A DNA stretch of 32,985 nucleotides from Sandaracinaceae bacterium. Its GTDB lineage: Bacteria; Myxococcota_A; Polyangia; Polyangiales; Sandaracinaceae. A model generated the notes under the pieces. That model was given only the letters and a program-made list of their open reading frames with translations. It had not been told where the DNA came from and made no database searches. The stretch covers positions 1-32,985 of the forward strand of contig JBGAQA010000078.1 in assembly GCA_044220955.1 (NCBI GenBank), read 5' to 3'. The position numbers were made by a program, and so were the translations under genes. Positions 1-9,347 of this stretch are shown here, one piece after another; positions within the stretch are counted from its first letter, which is position 1, and every line of letters begins with the position of its first letter.

Positions 1-239
1 TAGTCGTTCGCGCGTCCGCATCCGGCCACGCGATACATGCTCGCGCCGAGCAGGGTGACGGTGACGCTGTCCTCGGAACAGCCGATCTGTGCAGCGCCGA
101 CCTGCCCGGCTTGGCGACCGACCGCGTCGGCGTCCAGCATCGGCACGGGCTGGCCGACCTGCATGCGATGCCCGCCGCAGCCCATCGCCCAGAACGCCGT
201 CGCAACGAGAACAGCGAGCGCGAGCGCGAGCTTCTGCAC
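1..239 (-). CDS. Putative small lipoprotein (runs off the left edge)
   Basis: Not in the ORF track. Manual translation from GTG at 239: MQKLALALAVLVATAFWAMGCGGHRMQVGQP...IGCSEDSVTVTLLGASMYRVAGCGRANDY. It has a hydrophobic signal ending in G-C (lipobox-like) and GAGGG upstream of the start. Confidence 0.6.
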   Translation of the reverse strand, partial: MQKLALALAVLVATAFWAMGCGGHRMQVGQPVPMLDADAVGRQAGQVGAAQIGCSEDSVTVTLLGASMYRVAGCGRAND

Positions 240-411
240 GCGGCAACCCTCGCAGCGTCCGAAGCGGAGTGTCAATCCAGCATGGCAGGGGGGCCGAGCG
301 GACCCGCGTGCGGTCTGTAGTTGGCTGCGAGCAGACGCGCTCCGGCAATGCCGTATCATCGACCGCGGGCGGGACGGAGTGCAGCGCGCGGTTTCGCATT
401 ACCATCGCCGC

Positions 412-2172
412 ATGGTGGAGAGCCACGAGATCCCGCAGGCGCCGCGGCTCGATCGCATCCGCAAGGTCGTCGAGACGGCCAAGGCCGGCAAGACGACCCG
501 GGAGCGGACCATGAGCGGCGCGCGCATGGCGCAGCGCGACGCCTCCTACTACCTGCAGGGTGCGACGGCGCTGGGGCTGCTCCAGCATCGCGGCGCGAGC
601 TACGCGCTCTCGGAGCTAGGCGGGCGACTGATTCGGACCGAGAAGAGCTCCGAGGACGAGCGCGCCGTGCTTCGCGAAGCGGTCCGGACGAGCCCCGTGG
701 TGAGTGCCGTCGCGGGGGATTTGCTCGGAGACCCGGGGCCTACTCGTGCGGCCATCGCACGCGCGATGATCCGGGTCGGCGGCCTCTCGGCGCGCACCGC
801 GGACCAACGCGCCGGAGCCATGTTCGGATGGCGCCGCCAGCTGGAACACGCCCGGCTCCCCTATCGGATCGACCACACCGACGCCGTCGAGGTCCGAGAC
901 AACGTCGAGGTCACGCTGGTGGAGCCATCGCGACCGGTGCTCCGCTCGATCCACCTCTCGGACTTCAAGAGCTTCGCGCGAGCCGATATCCCGCTCACGG
1001 ACCTGACCGTGTTCGTCGGCGCGAACGGCTCCGGGAAGAGCAATGCCTTGGACGCGATCCGGTTTCTCCAGGGAGCAGCGCTGGAGCTCCCCATCGCCGA
1101 CGTGTTGCGGGGGCGGGTCGAGGGCGGACGCGAGCTCTGGCCAGCGATTCGAGGTGGGATAGGTGAGGTCTGCCGCTTCGGGAACGACAGGTTCGCGCTC
1201 ACTTCCTCGTGGCAGCTCGGAACGGACGTGGTCACGCACTGCATCGAGTGCGCGGTGCGCCCCGTCCCGATGGTGGTGGGCGAGAAGCTCTTCGCCGAGG
1301 GCCATGGAAGCTACCTCTTCGACACGGCGGCCGGGAGCCTCGGGAAGTCGGGAGGGATACAGCAAGGACGCGCGCTCAACGTGGCCCTCCGGAGAAGTCG
1401 CGGCGGCGACAAGAAGGGCGGCCGCAGCCCATCGCAGACCCACTCGTCGGACTCCTCGCTCCTGGGTCAGCTCACGCCCGACATCGACGTTCACGAGGAG
1501 GTGGCCCGCTTCACCGGAGCAGTCCGCACCGCGATGCGGTCGACGAAGTTCATGAGCATCAGCTCGCAGGCCATGCGTGACTATGCACCGGCGGCCGCGA
1601 CCGACCTCGGTGTCGACGGCCAGAACATCTCCGCCGCCGTGCGACATCTCTGCGAAGACGCGAGCGGCAAGCGTCGGCTGGTCGAGTGGCTCACGGAGCT
1701 GTGCGCGCCGCGGATCGTGGACATCGACTTCGTCGTGACCGACCTCGGCGACGTGATGCTCCAGTTGGTGGAGGACGACGGGACCAAGATCTCCGCACGG
1801 TCGCTCTCGGACGGCACTCTGAGGTTCCTCGGGCACCTCGTCGCCCTGCTCAGCGCACCGCGCGGGTCGATCCTGCTGATCGAGGAGATCGAGAACGGCC
1901 TCCATCCTCAGCGGCTCAGCCTATTGGTCCAGCTGCTCGAAGGAGTGACCAAAGATCGCGGCGTCCAGGTGATCGCGACGAGCCACTCGCCCCTCGTCCT
2001 CATGGCGCTCTCTGCCGAGCGCCTGGAGCACGCGGTCGTCTTCGGACGAGTCGCGGGACGGGAGGGAACCGTCGTTCGGCGCCTCGGGGACCTTCGCGGC
2101 TTCCGCGCGGCCGTCGAGAAGCGCGGCGCCGACCGCGTCTTCGAGAGTGGCTGGCTGGAGCTCGCGCTGTGA
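412..2172 (+). CDS. ABC-type (AAA_21/AAA_15-like) ATPase with an extra N-terminal helical domain
   Basis: Walker A GANGSGKS, signature LSDGT, Walker B/D-loop LLIEEIENGLHP and H-loop ATSHSP. The ATPase begins near VLRSIHLSDFKS (~937). Start placed at ATG 412 (586 aa) because 37-239 overlaps a minus-strand gene and a TACCAT box lies 6 nt upstream of 412. Confidence 0.85.
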   Translation: MVESHEIPQAPRLDRIRKVVETAKAGKTTRERTMSGARMAQRDASYYLQGATALGLLQHRGASYALSELGGRLIRTEKSSEDERAVLREAVRTSPVVSAVAGDLLGDPGPTRAAIARAMIRVGGLSARTADQRAGAMFGWRRQLEHARLPYRIDHTDAVEVRDNVEVTLVEPSRPVLRSIHLSDFKSFARADIPLTDLTVFVGANGSGKSNALDAIRFLQGAALELPIADVLRGRVEGGRELWPAIRGGIGEVCRFGNDRFALTSSWQLGTDVVTHCIECAVRPVPMVVGEKLFAEGHGSYLFDTAAGSLGKSGGIQQGRALNVALRRSRGGDKKGGRSPSQTHSSDSSLLGQLTPDIDVHEEVARFTGAVRTAMRSTKFMSISSQAMRDYAPAAATDLGVDGQNISAAVRHLCEDASGKRRLVEWLTELCAPRIVDIDFVVTDLGDVMLQLVEDDGTKISARSLSDGTLRFLGHLVALLSAPRGSILLIEEIENGLHPQRLSLLVQLLEGVTKDRGVQVIATSHSPLVLMALSAERLEHAVVFGRVAGREGTVVRRLGDLRGFRAAVEKRGADRVFESGWLELAL

Positions 2173-2720
2173 AAGTGCTTCTCGTGCTCGAGGATCCGAC
2201 CCTCGACCAGTACGTCGTCAGGCCGGTGGTCGAGTGCGTCCTCGAAGATGTCGGGTTGGCGGCGCGCGTCGAAGTGCTCAAGGATCCCCACCTGCGTGGA
2301 GTCGCACAGTTGCTCGAGGAGCTGGACGGCATCGTCCTCGACTACCCGATGATCGATCTCTTCGTCGTCGTCATCGATCGTGACTGCGACCGAGCGAAGA
2401 ACGAGGCGAAGCTCGCGAAGAAGGTGAGCGCCCACGCCCCCAAGATGATTCACTGCGTCGCCGTCCAGGAGGTCGAGGTCTGGATGCTCGCCGCGCAGCA
2501 GCAGGTGCCGACCCCTTGGAAGGACGTGCGCGCACACTGCGACCCGAAGGAGCGCTACGCCGAGCCCTGGCTGCATTCCCAGGGCTACGGTGCTGCCGAC
2601 GTGGGCCACGGGAGGAAGGCCGCGATGGAGGCATTGCGTGGCGGTGGGTACAACCGAGTCCTGTCGAGGTGCGACGAGGTGAGGGGCCTGAAGCACCACG
2701 TCGCGGCCATCCGGAGGTGA
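2169..2720 (+). CDS. Small TOPRIM-like protein (DUF4276/DUF4435/RloB-type motif layout), putative effector
   Basis: GTG start overlaps the ATPase stop (GTGA); 183 aa. Motifs: LLVLED (acidic residue after strand 1), VVVIDRDCD (DxD) and QEVEVWMLA (ExExW). Confidence 0.7.
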   Translation: MKVLLVLEDPTLDQYVVRPVVECVLEDVGLAARVEVLKDPHLRGVAQLLEELDGIVLDYPMIDLFVVVIDRDCDRAKNEAKLAKKVSAHAPKMIHCVAVQEVEVWMLAAQQQVPTPWKDVRAHCDPKERYAEPWLHSQGYGAADVGHGRKAAMEALRGGGYNRVLSRCDEVRGLKHHVAAIRR

Positions 2721-2753
2721 GCACCGTTCGCCGCTGAGGGCTCCGAGCGGCGC

Positions 2754-3398
2754 TCAGGCGAAGATCTCCGCCAGCGCCTCGGGCCCGATCGCGGCCTCGC
2801 GCTGCAGGCGCTCGAAGTAGCGGATGACACTCACGCAGAGCCACGCCGCGCCCGCCGTGGTCGCGGTCGCGACCAGGTAGTAGACGAACAGAGTGGGCAG
2901 GCCGCTGCCGGTGAGCACGCGCGAGCCGAGGCCCCACACGACACCGCGGCCGATGTCCGCGGCCCACCAGGCGGCGATGCGCGGGTCGTCCTTGCCGCCG
3001 CTGGCCGCCTCGATCTGGCGCGCGAGCTGGTAGGGCACGAAGAGGTTGAGCAGCGGGACGAACCACATGCCGACCGCCGAGCCGGGGGTGTACGTCGGCG
3101 GCGTCGCGGCGAGCGCGATGCCGTTCCGCGCGATGCGGTGCCACCACGCGAGGAACACGATGGCCGTCACGAAGACGGAGAGCCGGCGCGCGAGGTCCTC
3201 GAGGTCCCAGAAGTCGTCGTAGAGATCGAGCCCGGCCGTGGGGAACCAGTCCGGGAACCCGTGCCCGTCGAGGTAGAGCGCGAGCGCGAAGCGGACGCAG
3301 AGCAGCGCGTCGAGCGCGACGTTGGCCGCGAGCGCGAACGTCGCGGCGCGCGCACGCCCGGCGCTGGGCTCGTACCCTGGGCGGTCCCCCTCGCTCAC
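2754..3398 (-). CDS. DUF4328-like membrane protein
   Basis: Several hydrophobic helices and the motif FLAWWHRIARN...TPGSAVGMWFVPLLNLFVPYQ, typical of this family. Confidence 0.7.
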   Translation of the reverse strand: MSEGDRPGYEPSAGRARAATFALAANVALDALLCVRFALALYLDGHGFPDWFPTAGLDLYDDFWDLEDLARRLSVFVTAIVFLAWWHRIARNGIALAATPPTYTPGSAVGMWFVPLLNLFVPYQLARQIEAASGGKDDPRIAAWWAADIGRGVVWGLGSRVLTGSGLPTLFVYYLVATATTAGAAWLCVSVIRYFERLQREAAIGPEALAEIFA

Positions 3399-3418
3399 CC
3401 GATCACTCTACAGAGATG

Positions 3419-3799
3419 TCATACCGGCAGGATGCCCACCGTCGGGAAGTGCTCGCCGAGCCGCGCGAGGTCGTCCGGGTCCGAGGTGTAGACGATCCCC
3501 CCGCCACGGAGCGCCGCCGAGGCCATCACGACGGCGTCCACGAGCGTCGCGCCACGCACGGCGGCGAGCGCCTCGCCGGCCGCACGACAGAGCGGAGCGG
3601 TCATCGGCTCCACCTGCACGATGGAGAGAATGTCCTCGCGCGCGTCCGTGCGACCACGCCACCACTCCACGCAAACCACGGCGGGCACGACTGGGCGGAG
3701 CCCGCGCCGCGCGATCGCCCGCAGCGCCTCGCGCGCCCGCGGCCGTGCGCGCTCGAGCGCGATCAGCATCCCCGTGTCGAACGTGAAGGTGAGCGGCAT
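3419..3799 (-). CDS. vapC: PIN-domain toxin (VapC family)
   Basis: 126 aa with the PIN acidic residues FDTG, VEW, VDAVV and YTSDPDDL; directly downstream of a small RHH-like gene. Confidence 0.85.
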   Translation of the reverse strand: MPLTFTFDTGMLIALERARPRAREALRAIARRGLRPVVPAVVCVEWWRGRTDAREDILSIVQVEPMTAPLCRAAGEALAAVRGATLVDAVVMASAALRGGGIVYTSDPDDLARLGEHFPTVGILPV

Positions 3800-3809
3800 G
3801 CAGCGCCTG

Positions 3810-4073
3810 CTACGCCGCGCGCCGCTTCTTCCGGGGACGGGTCGCCGCGCGCCACTCTGCCTCGATGCGCTCGGCCTGCGCGTCGGACAGAGGCGGGATG
3901 CCGTACTTCTCGAAGTAGGCCTCGGCGGCGGCGAGCTTCACCTCGTGCGCGGCGACCTCCGCGAGCAGCGCCGAGACGTTCCCCTTGTGCCGACGCTTCG
4001 CCAGCGCCTTGAGGTTGCGAAGCGTGTCCTCGTCCAGAGAGAAGCTCGTCGTCTTCGTACGACCCGGTCGCAT
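3810..4073 (-). CDS. RHH/CopG-like antitoxin (VapB)
   Basis: 87 aa; beta-helix-helix pattern TTSFSLDEDTLRNLKALAKRRHKGNVSALLAEV; ends 10 nt before vapC. Confidence 0.75.
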   Translation of the reverse strand: MRPGRTKTTSFSLDEDTLRNLKALAKRRHKGNVSALLAEVAAHEVKLAAAEAYFEKYGIPPLSDAQAERIEAEWRAATRPRKKRRAA

Positions 4074-4079
4074 ACTGGC

Positions 4080-4088
4080 ACTGTAGCA
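4080..4088 (-). promoter_or_regulatory. Extended -10 element (TGcTACAGT) of vapBC, probably leaderless
   Basis: Minus strand reads TGC-TACAGT-gccagt-ATG; no Shine-Dalgarno is present. Confidence 0.55.
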
Positions 4089-4113
4089 CAGCGCCCGAGC
4101 GCAGTAGGCGGCG

Positions 4114-4878
4114 CTAGCCCGTGACCGCGGAGCCGACGAGCTTGAGGCCCGCGATGACGAGGACCGCGGCGAGCAAGAAGCGGATCGCCTTCGTGCCGAG
4201 GCGCTTGGCGCCGAGCTCCGCGCCGATCAGGCCGCCGACGGCCGCGGCGCCGCACCACCCGTACGTGGCGGCCGGGAGCGAGCGCAGGCTCGGGAGCGCA
4301 CCGGCGAGCCCGGCGATCGAGTTGGCGAGGATGAACGCCGCGGACACGCCGGCCGTCTTGCGCGTGTCCGCCCAGCGGAGGAGCAGCAGGAGCGGCGACA
4401 GGAAGATGCCGCCACCCGTGCCGGTCAGACCCGCGAGCAGCCCGAGCACGGCGCCCCACGCGAGCGCCGGCGCGATCGGGACCACGGGCGCGACGTCCGC
4501 GCGGTCCGCCTCGGGCTCGGTCTTGCGCGCGGCGTCGTACGCGAGCTTGGCCGCCGCGACGACGAGGATCGCGCCGACGACCGCCTTGTAGGCGGGGCTG
4601 GGGAGGGTGAGCGCGCCGCCGACGAACGAGAGCGGGATCGAGGTCACGACGAAGGGCCAGAGCGTCCGCCAGGAGAAGCAGCCGGCCCGGTAGAAGCGGG
4701 CGGTGGCGATGGTCGCGACGACGATGTTCATCACGAGCGCCGTCGGGCGCATCACGGCGGGCGCGAACGACGTCAGCGCCATCACGGCGAGGTAGCCCGA
4801 CGCGCCGGCGTGGCCGACGGACGAGTAGAGGATCGCCACGACGAAGAAGGCGCCCCCGAGCAGCACGGTCTCGTCCAT
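4114..4878 (-). CDS. Sulfite exporter TauE/SafE family membrane protein
   Basis: From ATG 4878 (MDETVLL, 254 aa): YSSVGHAGASGY and GLLAGLTGTGGGIFLSP motifs, about 8 TM helices. Confidence 0.85.
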   Translation of the reverse strand: MDETVLLGGAFFVVAILYSSVGHAGASGYLAVMALTSFAPAVMRPTALVMNIVVATIATARFYRAGCFSWRTLWPFVVTSIPLSFVGGALTLPSPAYKAVVGAILVVAAAKLAYDAARKTEPEADRADVAPVVPIAPALAWGAVLGLLAGLTGTGGGIFLSPLLLLLRWADTRKTAGVSAAFILANSIAGLAGALPSLRSLPAATYGWCGAAAVGGLIGAELGAKRLGTKAIRFLLAAVLVIAGLKLVGSAVTG

Positions 4879-4970
4879 CACGCGAAGTGGAGCAGAGGAT
4901 GCGCCCCGCGCGAGCGCGGCGTCCACCGCCGGCTGGCGGCGAGAAACCGAGGTCGCTGGGGTGACTCGGG

Positions 4971-5459
4971 CTAGGGCTTGCCGAGGGGGAGGTAGAGCGT
5001 CGCAGCGTCGACCGACGTCTCGCGAAAGCCGTGCGCGCGGTAGAAGGCAGCGGCGCTCTCGTGCAGCGCGTCGACGACGAGCACGCGCAGGCCGAGCTGC
5101 TCGCGCAACGACATGCAACGCGCGACGGCGTGCGCCAGCAGGAACGCGCCGTGGCCCTTGCCCTGCTCGCCGGTCGCGACCGCGAGCCTGCCCATCCGCG
5201 CGGCCGGGACGGGGTAACGCGGGAGCCTGCGACGATCGATCTCCGTGAGATCGGTGAGCGCCAGCTGGGCCGCGGAGAGCGTGTAGTAGCCGAGGATCGC
5301 CGCCGGGACGGCCGGGGCGATCAACACGTGCGTGGTCGCGATGCCGTCGCGATGGTGCTGCGCGGCCTGCTCACGGAGATAGCGCTCGAGGGAGGGCTCA
5401 CCACAGGCGAACGCCCCGCGATCGTGCCGGCGCGGCTGCAGCAGCTCGACGGCGAGCAC
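4971..5459 (-). CDS. GNAT acetyltransferase toxin (TacT/AtaT/KacT-like)
   Basis: HDRGAFACGEPSLERYL, ILGYYTLSA, PRYPVPAARMGRLAV, acetyl-CoA loop QGKGHG, VVDALHESAAAFYRAHGF. Confidence 0.9.
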   Translation of the reverse strand: MLAVELLQPRRHDRGAFACGEPSLERYLREQAAQHHRDGIATTHVLIAPAVPAAILGYYTLSAAQLALTDLTEIDRRRLPRYPVPAARMGRLAVATGEQGKGHGAFLLAHAVARCMSLREQLGLRVLVVDALHESAAAFYRAHGFRETSVDAATLYLPLGKP

Positions 5460-5462
5460 CGC

Positions 5463-5729
5463 TCAGCGTCCGGCGGCCACGCGGGCGAGCGCTCTCTTCA
5501 GGCGCGCGTTGGGACGGAAGGGCGCGTCCGCCGCCGCCACGAAACGGCGCGACTCCGCGGCCGAGAGCACCGTCGTCGTCTCCTGCGCCATCACGCTCTC
5601 GGCCGCGCGCAACACCGCATCGCGCACGAAGGACGACACGGGCACGCCCCGCACGTCCGCTGCACGGGCGATGCGGGCCTTGTCGGCCGCACTCAGTCGG
5701 AGGTCGAGACGCGCCGCGCTGCTGGTCAT
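5463..5729 (-). CDS. DUF1778 RHH antitoxin (TacA/AtaR/KacA-like)
   Basis: From ATG 5729 with GGAG upstream (88 aa): RLDLRLS...IARAA...VSSFVRDA...TVLSAAESRRF...PNARLKRA; ends 3 nt before the GNAT toxin. Confidence 0.9.
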   Translation of the reverse strand: MTSSAARLDLRLSAADKARIARAADVRGVPVSSFVRDAVLRAAESVMAQETTTVLSAAESRRFVAAADAPFRPNARLKRALARVAAGR

Positions 5730-5738
5730 CTTGCTCCC

Positions 5739-5757
5739 GTACGGAACCATACCGTAC
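5739..5757. promoter_or_regulatory. Inverted-repeat operator of the DUF1778/GNAT operon
   Basis: Perfect GTACGG-N7(AACCATA)-CCGTAC palindrome about 10 nt upstream of the antitoxin start. Confidence 0.7.
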
Positions 5758-5784
5758 ACGCGAGCGGCGCACCATCGGCCGCGC

Positions 5785-7125
<1,341 letters not shown>

Positions 7126-7137
7126 GCCGGGCGGCTA

Positions 7138-8214
7138 TCAGAAGTGACCGGTGAGCGCCACGCCGCCGCCGGTCGGCGACGCGAGCGGGATCACCTGGAG
7201 CGACGCGCTCGACTCCGGCGGCTGCGCCGGACGCTCGGTCGCGTAGAGCACGATCGCGGTGACGCCGGCGGCGGCGGCGGCGGCGAACGCGAGATCCGCG
7301 ACGAGCGCGAAGGTCTCGCCGTCGTTCGCGGCGCCCGCGGTGGGCATCGCGTCGAAGTCGCTCTGCTTCGAGAGCGCGAGGAAGCCGAAGACGGTCCCGG
7401 TCACCAGCGCCACACCGGCGATGGCCGTCGTCACCCACACGCCGACCGACGGGTCGGCCGGCGGTGGCGTGGGCGCGGGCTCCTCCGGCGGGGCCGCCTC
7501 GTCGGCGCTCGACGCGTCCGAGCCCTCGGATCCGAACACGTCGTCGGCGCTCTCGAGGCCGCCCTCGCTGGCCGTGTCGATCGTCGGCGGCGTGGCCTGG
7601 GCGACGAGCGCGAGCTCGAGGTCGACGCGGTGGCCGGCCGTCACGTCGATCTGACGCGTGATCGGCTCGTGGCCCGCGAGGGTGACGCGGAGCTCGTGCG
7701 AGCCCGCCGCGGTCGTCGTCTCCGCGGTGCCGGTGCCGATCGAGTGCCCGTCGAGCTCGATCGACGCGCCCTCCGGCGTACACGCGACGTGGACGGTGCC
7801 CGTCGTCGGGGCCGGGAGGGCGGCGATGCGCGTCTCGACCGAGGCCCGGTCGGGCGCGTCCGGGCGCAAGATCAGGTAGCGCTCGAGCGTCGCCCGCGCT
7901 TCCTCGCGCTGGCCGAGCTGCTCCTGGGCCGAGGCGACGCCGAGGAGCACCACCGGGTTCGGCACCTCGCGGAACGCTCCCTGGAACGCGTCGAGCGCCT
8001 GCTGGTAGTGGTGGGCGGCGAACTCGGTCTGACCCTGGCCGTAGAGCTCGCGCGCGTGGGCGCGCTGCTCCGCGGTCGGCTCCTGCGCGAGCGCGACGCC
8101 GGGCAAGAGGAGCGACGCCAGCACGGCCGAGATGCACGACGCCCGAGAGAGGGATCGAGAGAGGGACCGCGGGCGGGCCCGAGAGAGCGCTTGCCGGAGT
8201 TGCTCGACCGTCAT
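7138..8214 (-). CDS. Exported TPR + PEGA domain protein
   Basis: AAGGAG SD; signal peptide ending ALA-Q; TPR helices (ARELYGQG...LERYL); PEGA (TPEGASIELDG...GSHELRVTLAGHEP); C-terminal hydrophobic helices and terminal GGVALTGHF. Confidence 0.8.
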   Translation of the reverse strand: MTVEQLRQALSRARPRSLSRSLSRASCISAVLASLLLPGVALAQEPTAEQRAHARELYGQGQTEFAAHHYQQALDAFQGAFREVPNPVVLLGVASAQEQLGQREEARATLERYLILRPDAPDRASVETRIAALPAPTTGTVHVACTPEGASIELDGHSIGTGTAETTTAAGSHELRVTLAGHEPITRQIDVTAGHRVDLELALVAQATPPTIDTASEGGLESADDVFGSEGSDASSADEAAPPEEPAPTPPPADPSVGVWVTTAIAGVALVTGTVFGFLALSKQSDFDAMPTAGAANDGETFALVADLAFAAAAAAGVTAIVLYATERPAQPPESSASLQVIPLASPTGGGVALTGHF

Positions 8215-8233
8215 GGGTGTCTCCTTCCGACCG

Positions 8234-9280
8234 TCAGGCGGTCTGCTCGACCCGCAGGAGCTGTTGACCGATGAAGAGGTAGTCGCCGTGCGCGAGCTCG
8301 CGCTCGCCCCGGATGCGCACGTACGTGCCGTTGCGCGAGCCGAGGTCGTGGAGCTGGAACGCCCCGTCGGCGCCGAGCTCGATGCGCGCGTGGCGACCGC
8401 TCATGTAGATGTCGTCCGGGAAGTTCATCTCGCTGTCCTCGCGGCCGATCTGGACGGCGCTCTCGCGCGCGCAGTACACCATTCCCTCGGCGCCGCCGCG
8501 CAAGATCTGCACGAGCCGGAAGGGGCTCGGGCGCTTGGGCGAGGAGTAGAAGTACGTCTGGTCCGGGTCGGGGCCCGAGGTGTCCTTCGGGGTGCCCTCG
8601 AGGCGGAAGACCTGCTCGCCGCAGAGGAAGTGATCGCCCGGGGCCATGGGCACCGGCTGCCGGACGCGGACGAACACGCCGTTGACCGAGCCCTCGTCCC
8701 GCACGACGAGCTTCTCGCCGCGGTAGATGAAGTTCGCGTGGCGGTTGCTGATCCACGCGTCGTTCGGGAACGGGATCTGGGCGTCGGTGCGCCCGGTCAT
8801 GTGCTCGGTGCCCTGCAGCAGGTACGAGAGGCCGTCGGCGCCGTCGGTGCCGCGGATGAGGATCAGGCGGGCCTTGCCCGGGGCCTGCATGCTCCCGAAG
8901 AAGTCGACCTGCCGCTCGAGGATCGCGTCCGGCACGGTCGTGCCGCACGCGCCGCAGAACTTGTGCCCCGGCGGCACCGGCGAGCTGCACTCCTTGCACA
9001 CGTAGTAGCGGTTCTGCTCCATCGGATCCTCCTGGGCGGGTGCGGGCGTCGGCGCCGCTGCGGCGAGAGCGTTCGAGAGACGGGCGTTCGAGAGGTTGGC
9101 GTTCGGGGCGACGTTCGGGAGCGGGTTGCGAGCTTGGGTCGGTGCCGGCGCGGCGGGCGCGACGGGCGAGGGCGAGGCCGAGAACGACGCGAGCGGATTG
9201 CCACAGATCGGGCACCGGGGAGCGCTCATCGGACAGAACGTGTCGCACTGGCCACACGCGATACCGATGAGCTCGTCCAT
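8234..9280 (-). CDS. Zinc-ribbon + tandem FHA domain protein
   Basis: Two CxxC-x10-CxxC ribbons; two FHA motif sets (GR...SNRHA...GSVNG and GR...SGRHA...GSRNG). Confidence 0.88.
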   Translation of the reverse strand: MDELIGIACGQCDTFCPMSAPRCPICGNPLASFSASPSPVAPAAPAPTQARNPLPNVAPNANLSNARLSNALAAAAPTPAPAQEDPMEQNRYYVCKECSSPVPPGHKFCGACGTTVPDAILERQVDFFGSMQAPGKARLILIRGTDGADGLSYLLQGTEHMTGRTDAQIPFPNDAWISNRHANFIYRGEKLVVRDEGSVNGVFVRVRQPVPMAPGDHFLCGEQVFRLEGTPKDTSGPDPDQTYFYSSPKRPSPFRLVQILRGGAEGMVYCARESAVQIGREDSEMNFPDDIYMSGRHARIELGADGAFQLHDLGSRNGTYVRIRGERELAHGDYLFIGQQLLRVEQTA

Positions 9281-9347
9281 GGTGTCGAAACGGGGAGGGC
9301 GACCGACGCTCTCCGAGCACGTTTGTAGGCGAAAATGTGGCGCGACG

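Noticed and set aside
37..411. N-terminal extension of the 711-aa ORF
   Set aside because: It overlaps a more plausible minus-strand lipoprotein gene (1-239), and ATG 412 has a -10-like box at leaderless spacing.
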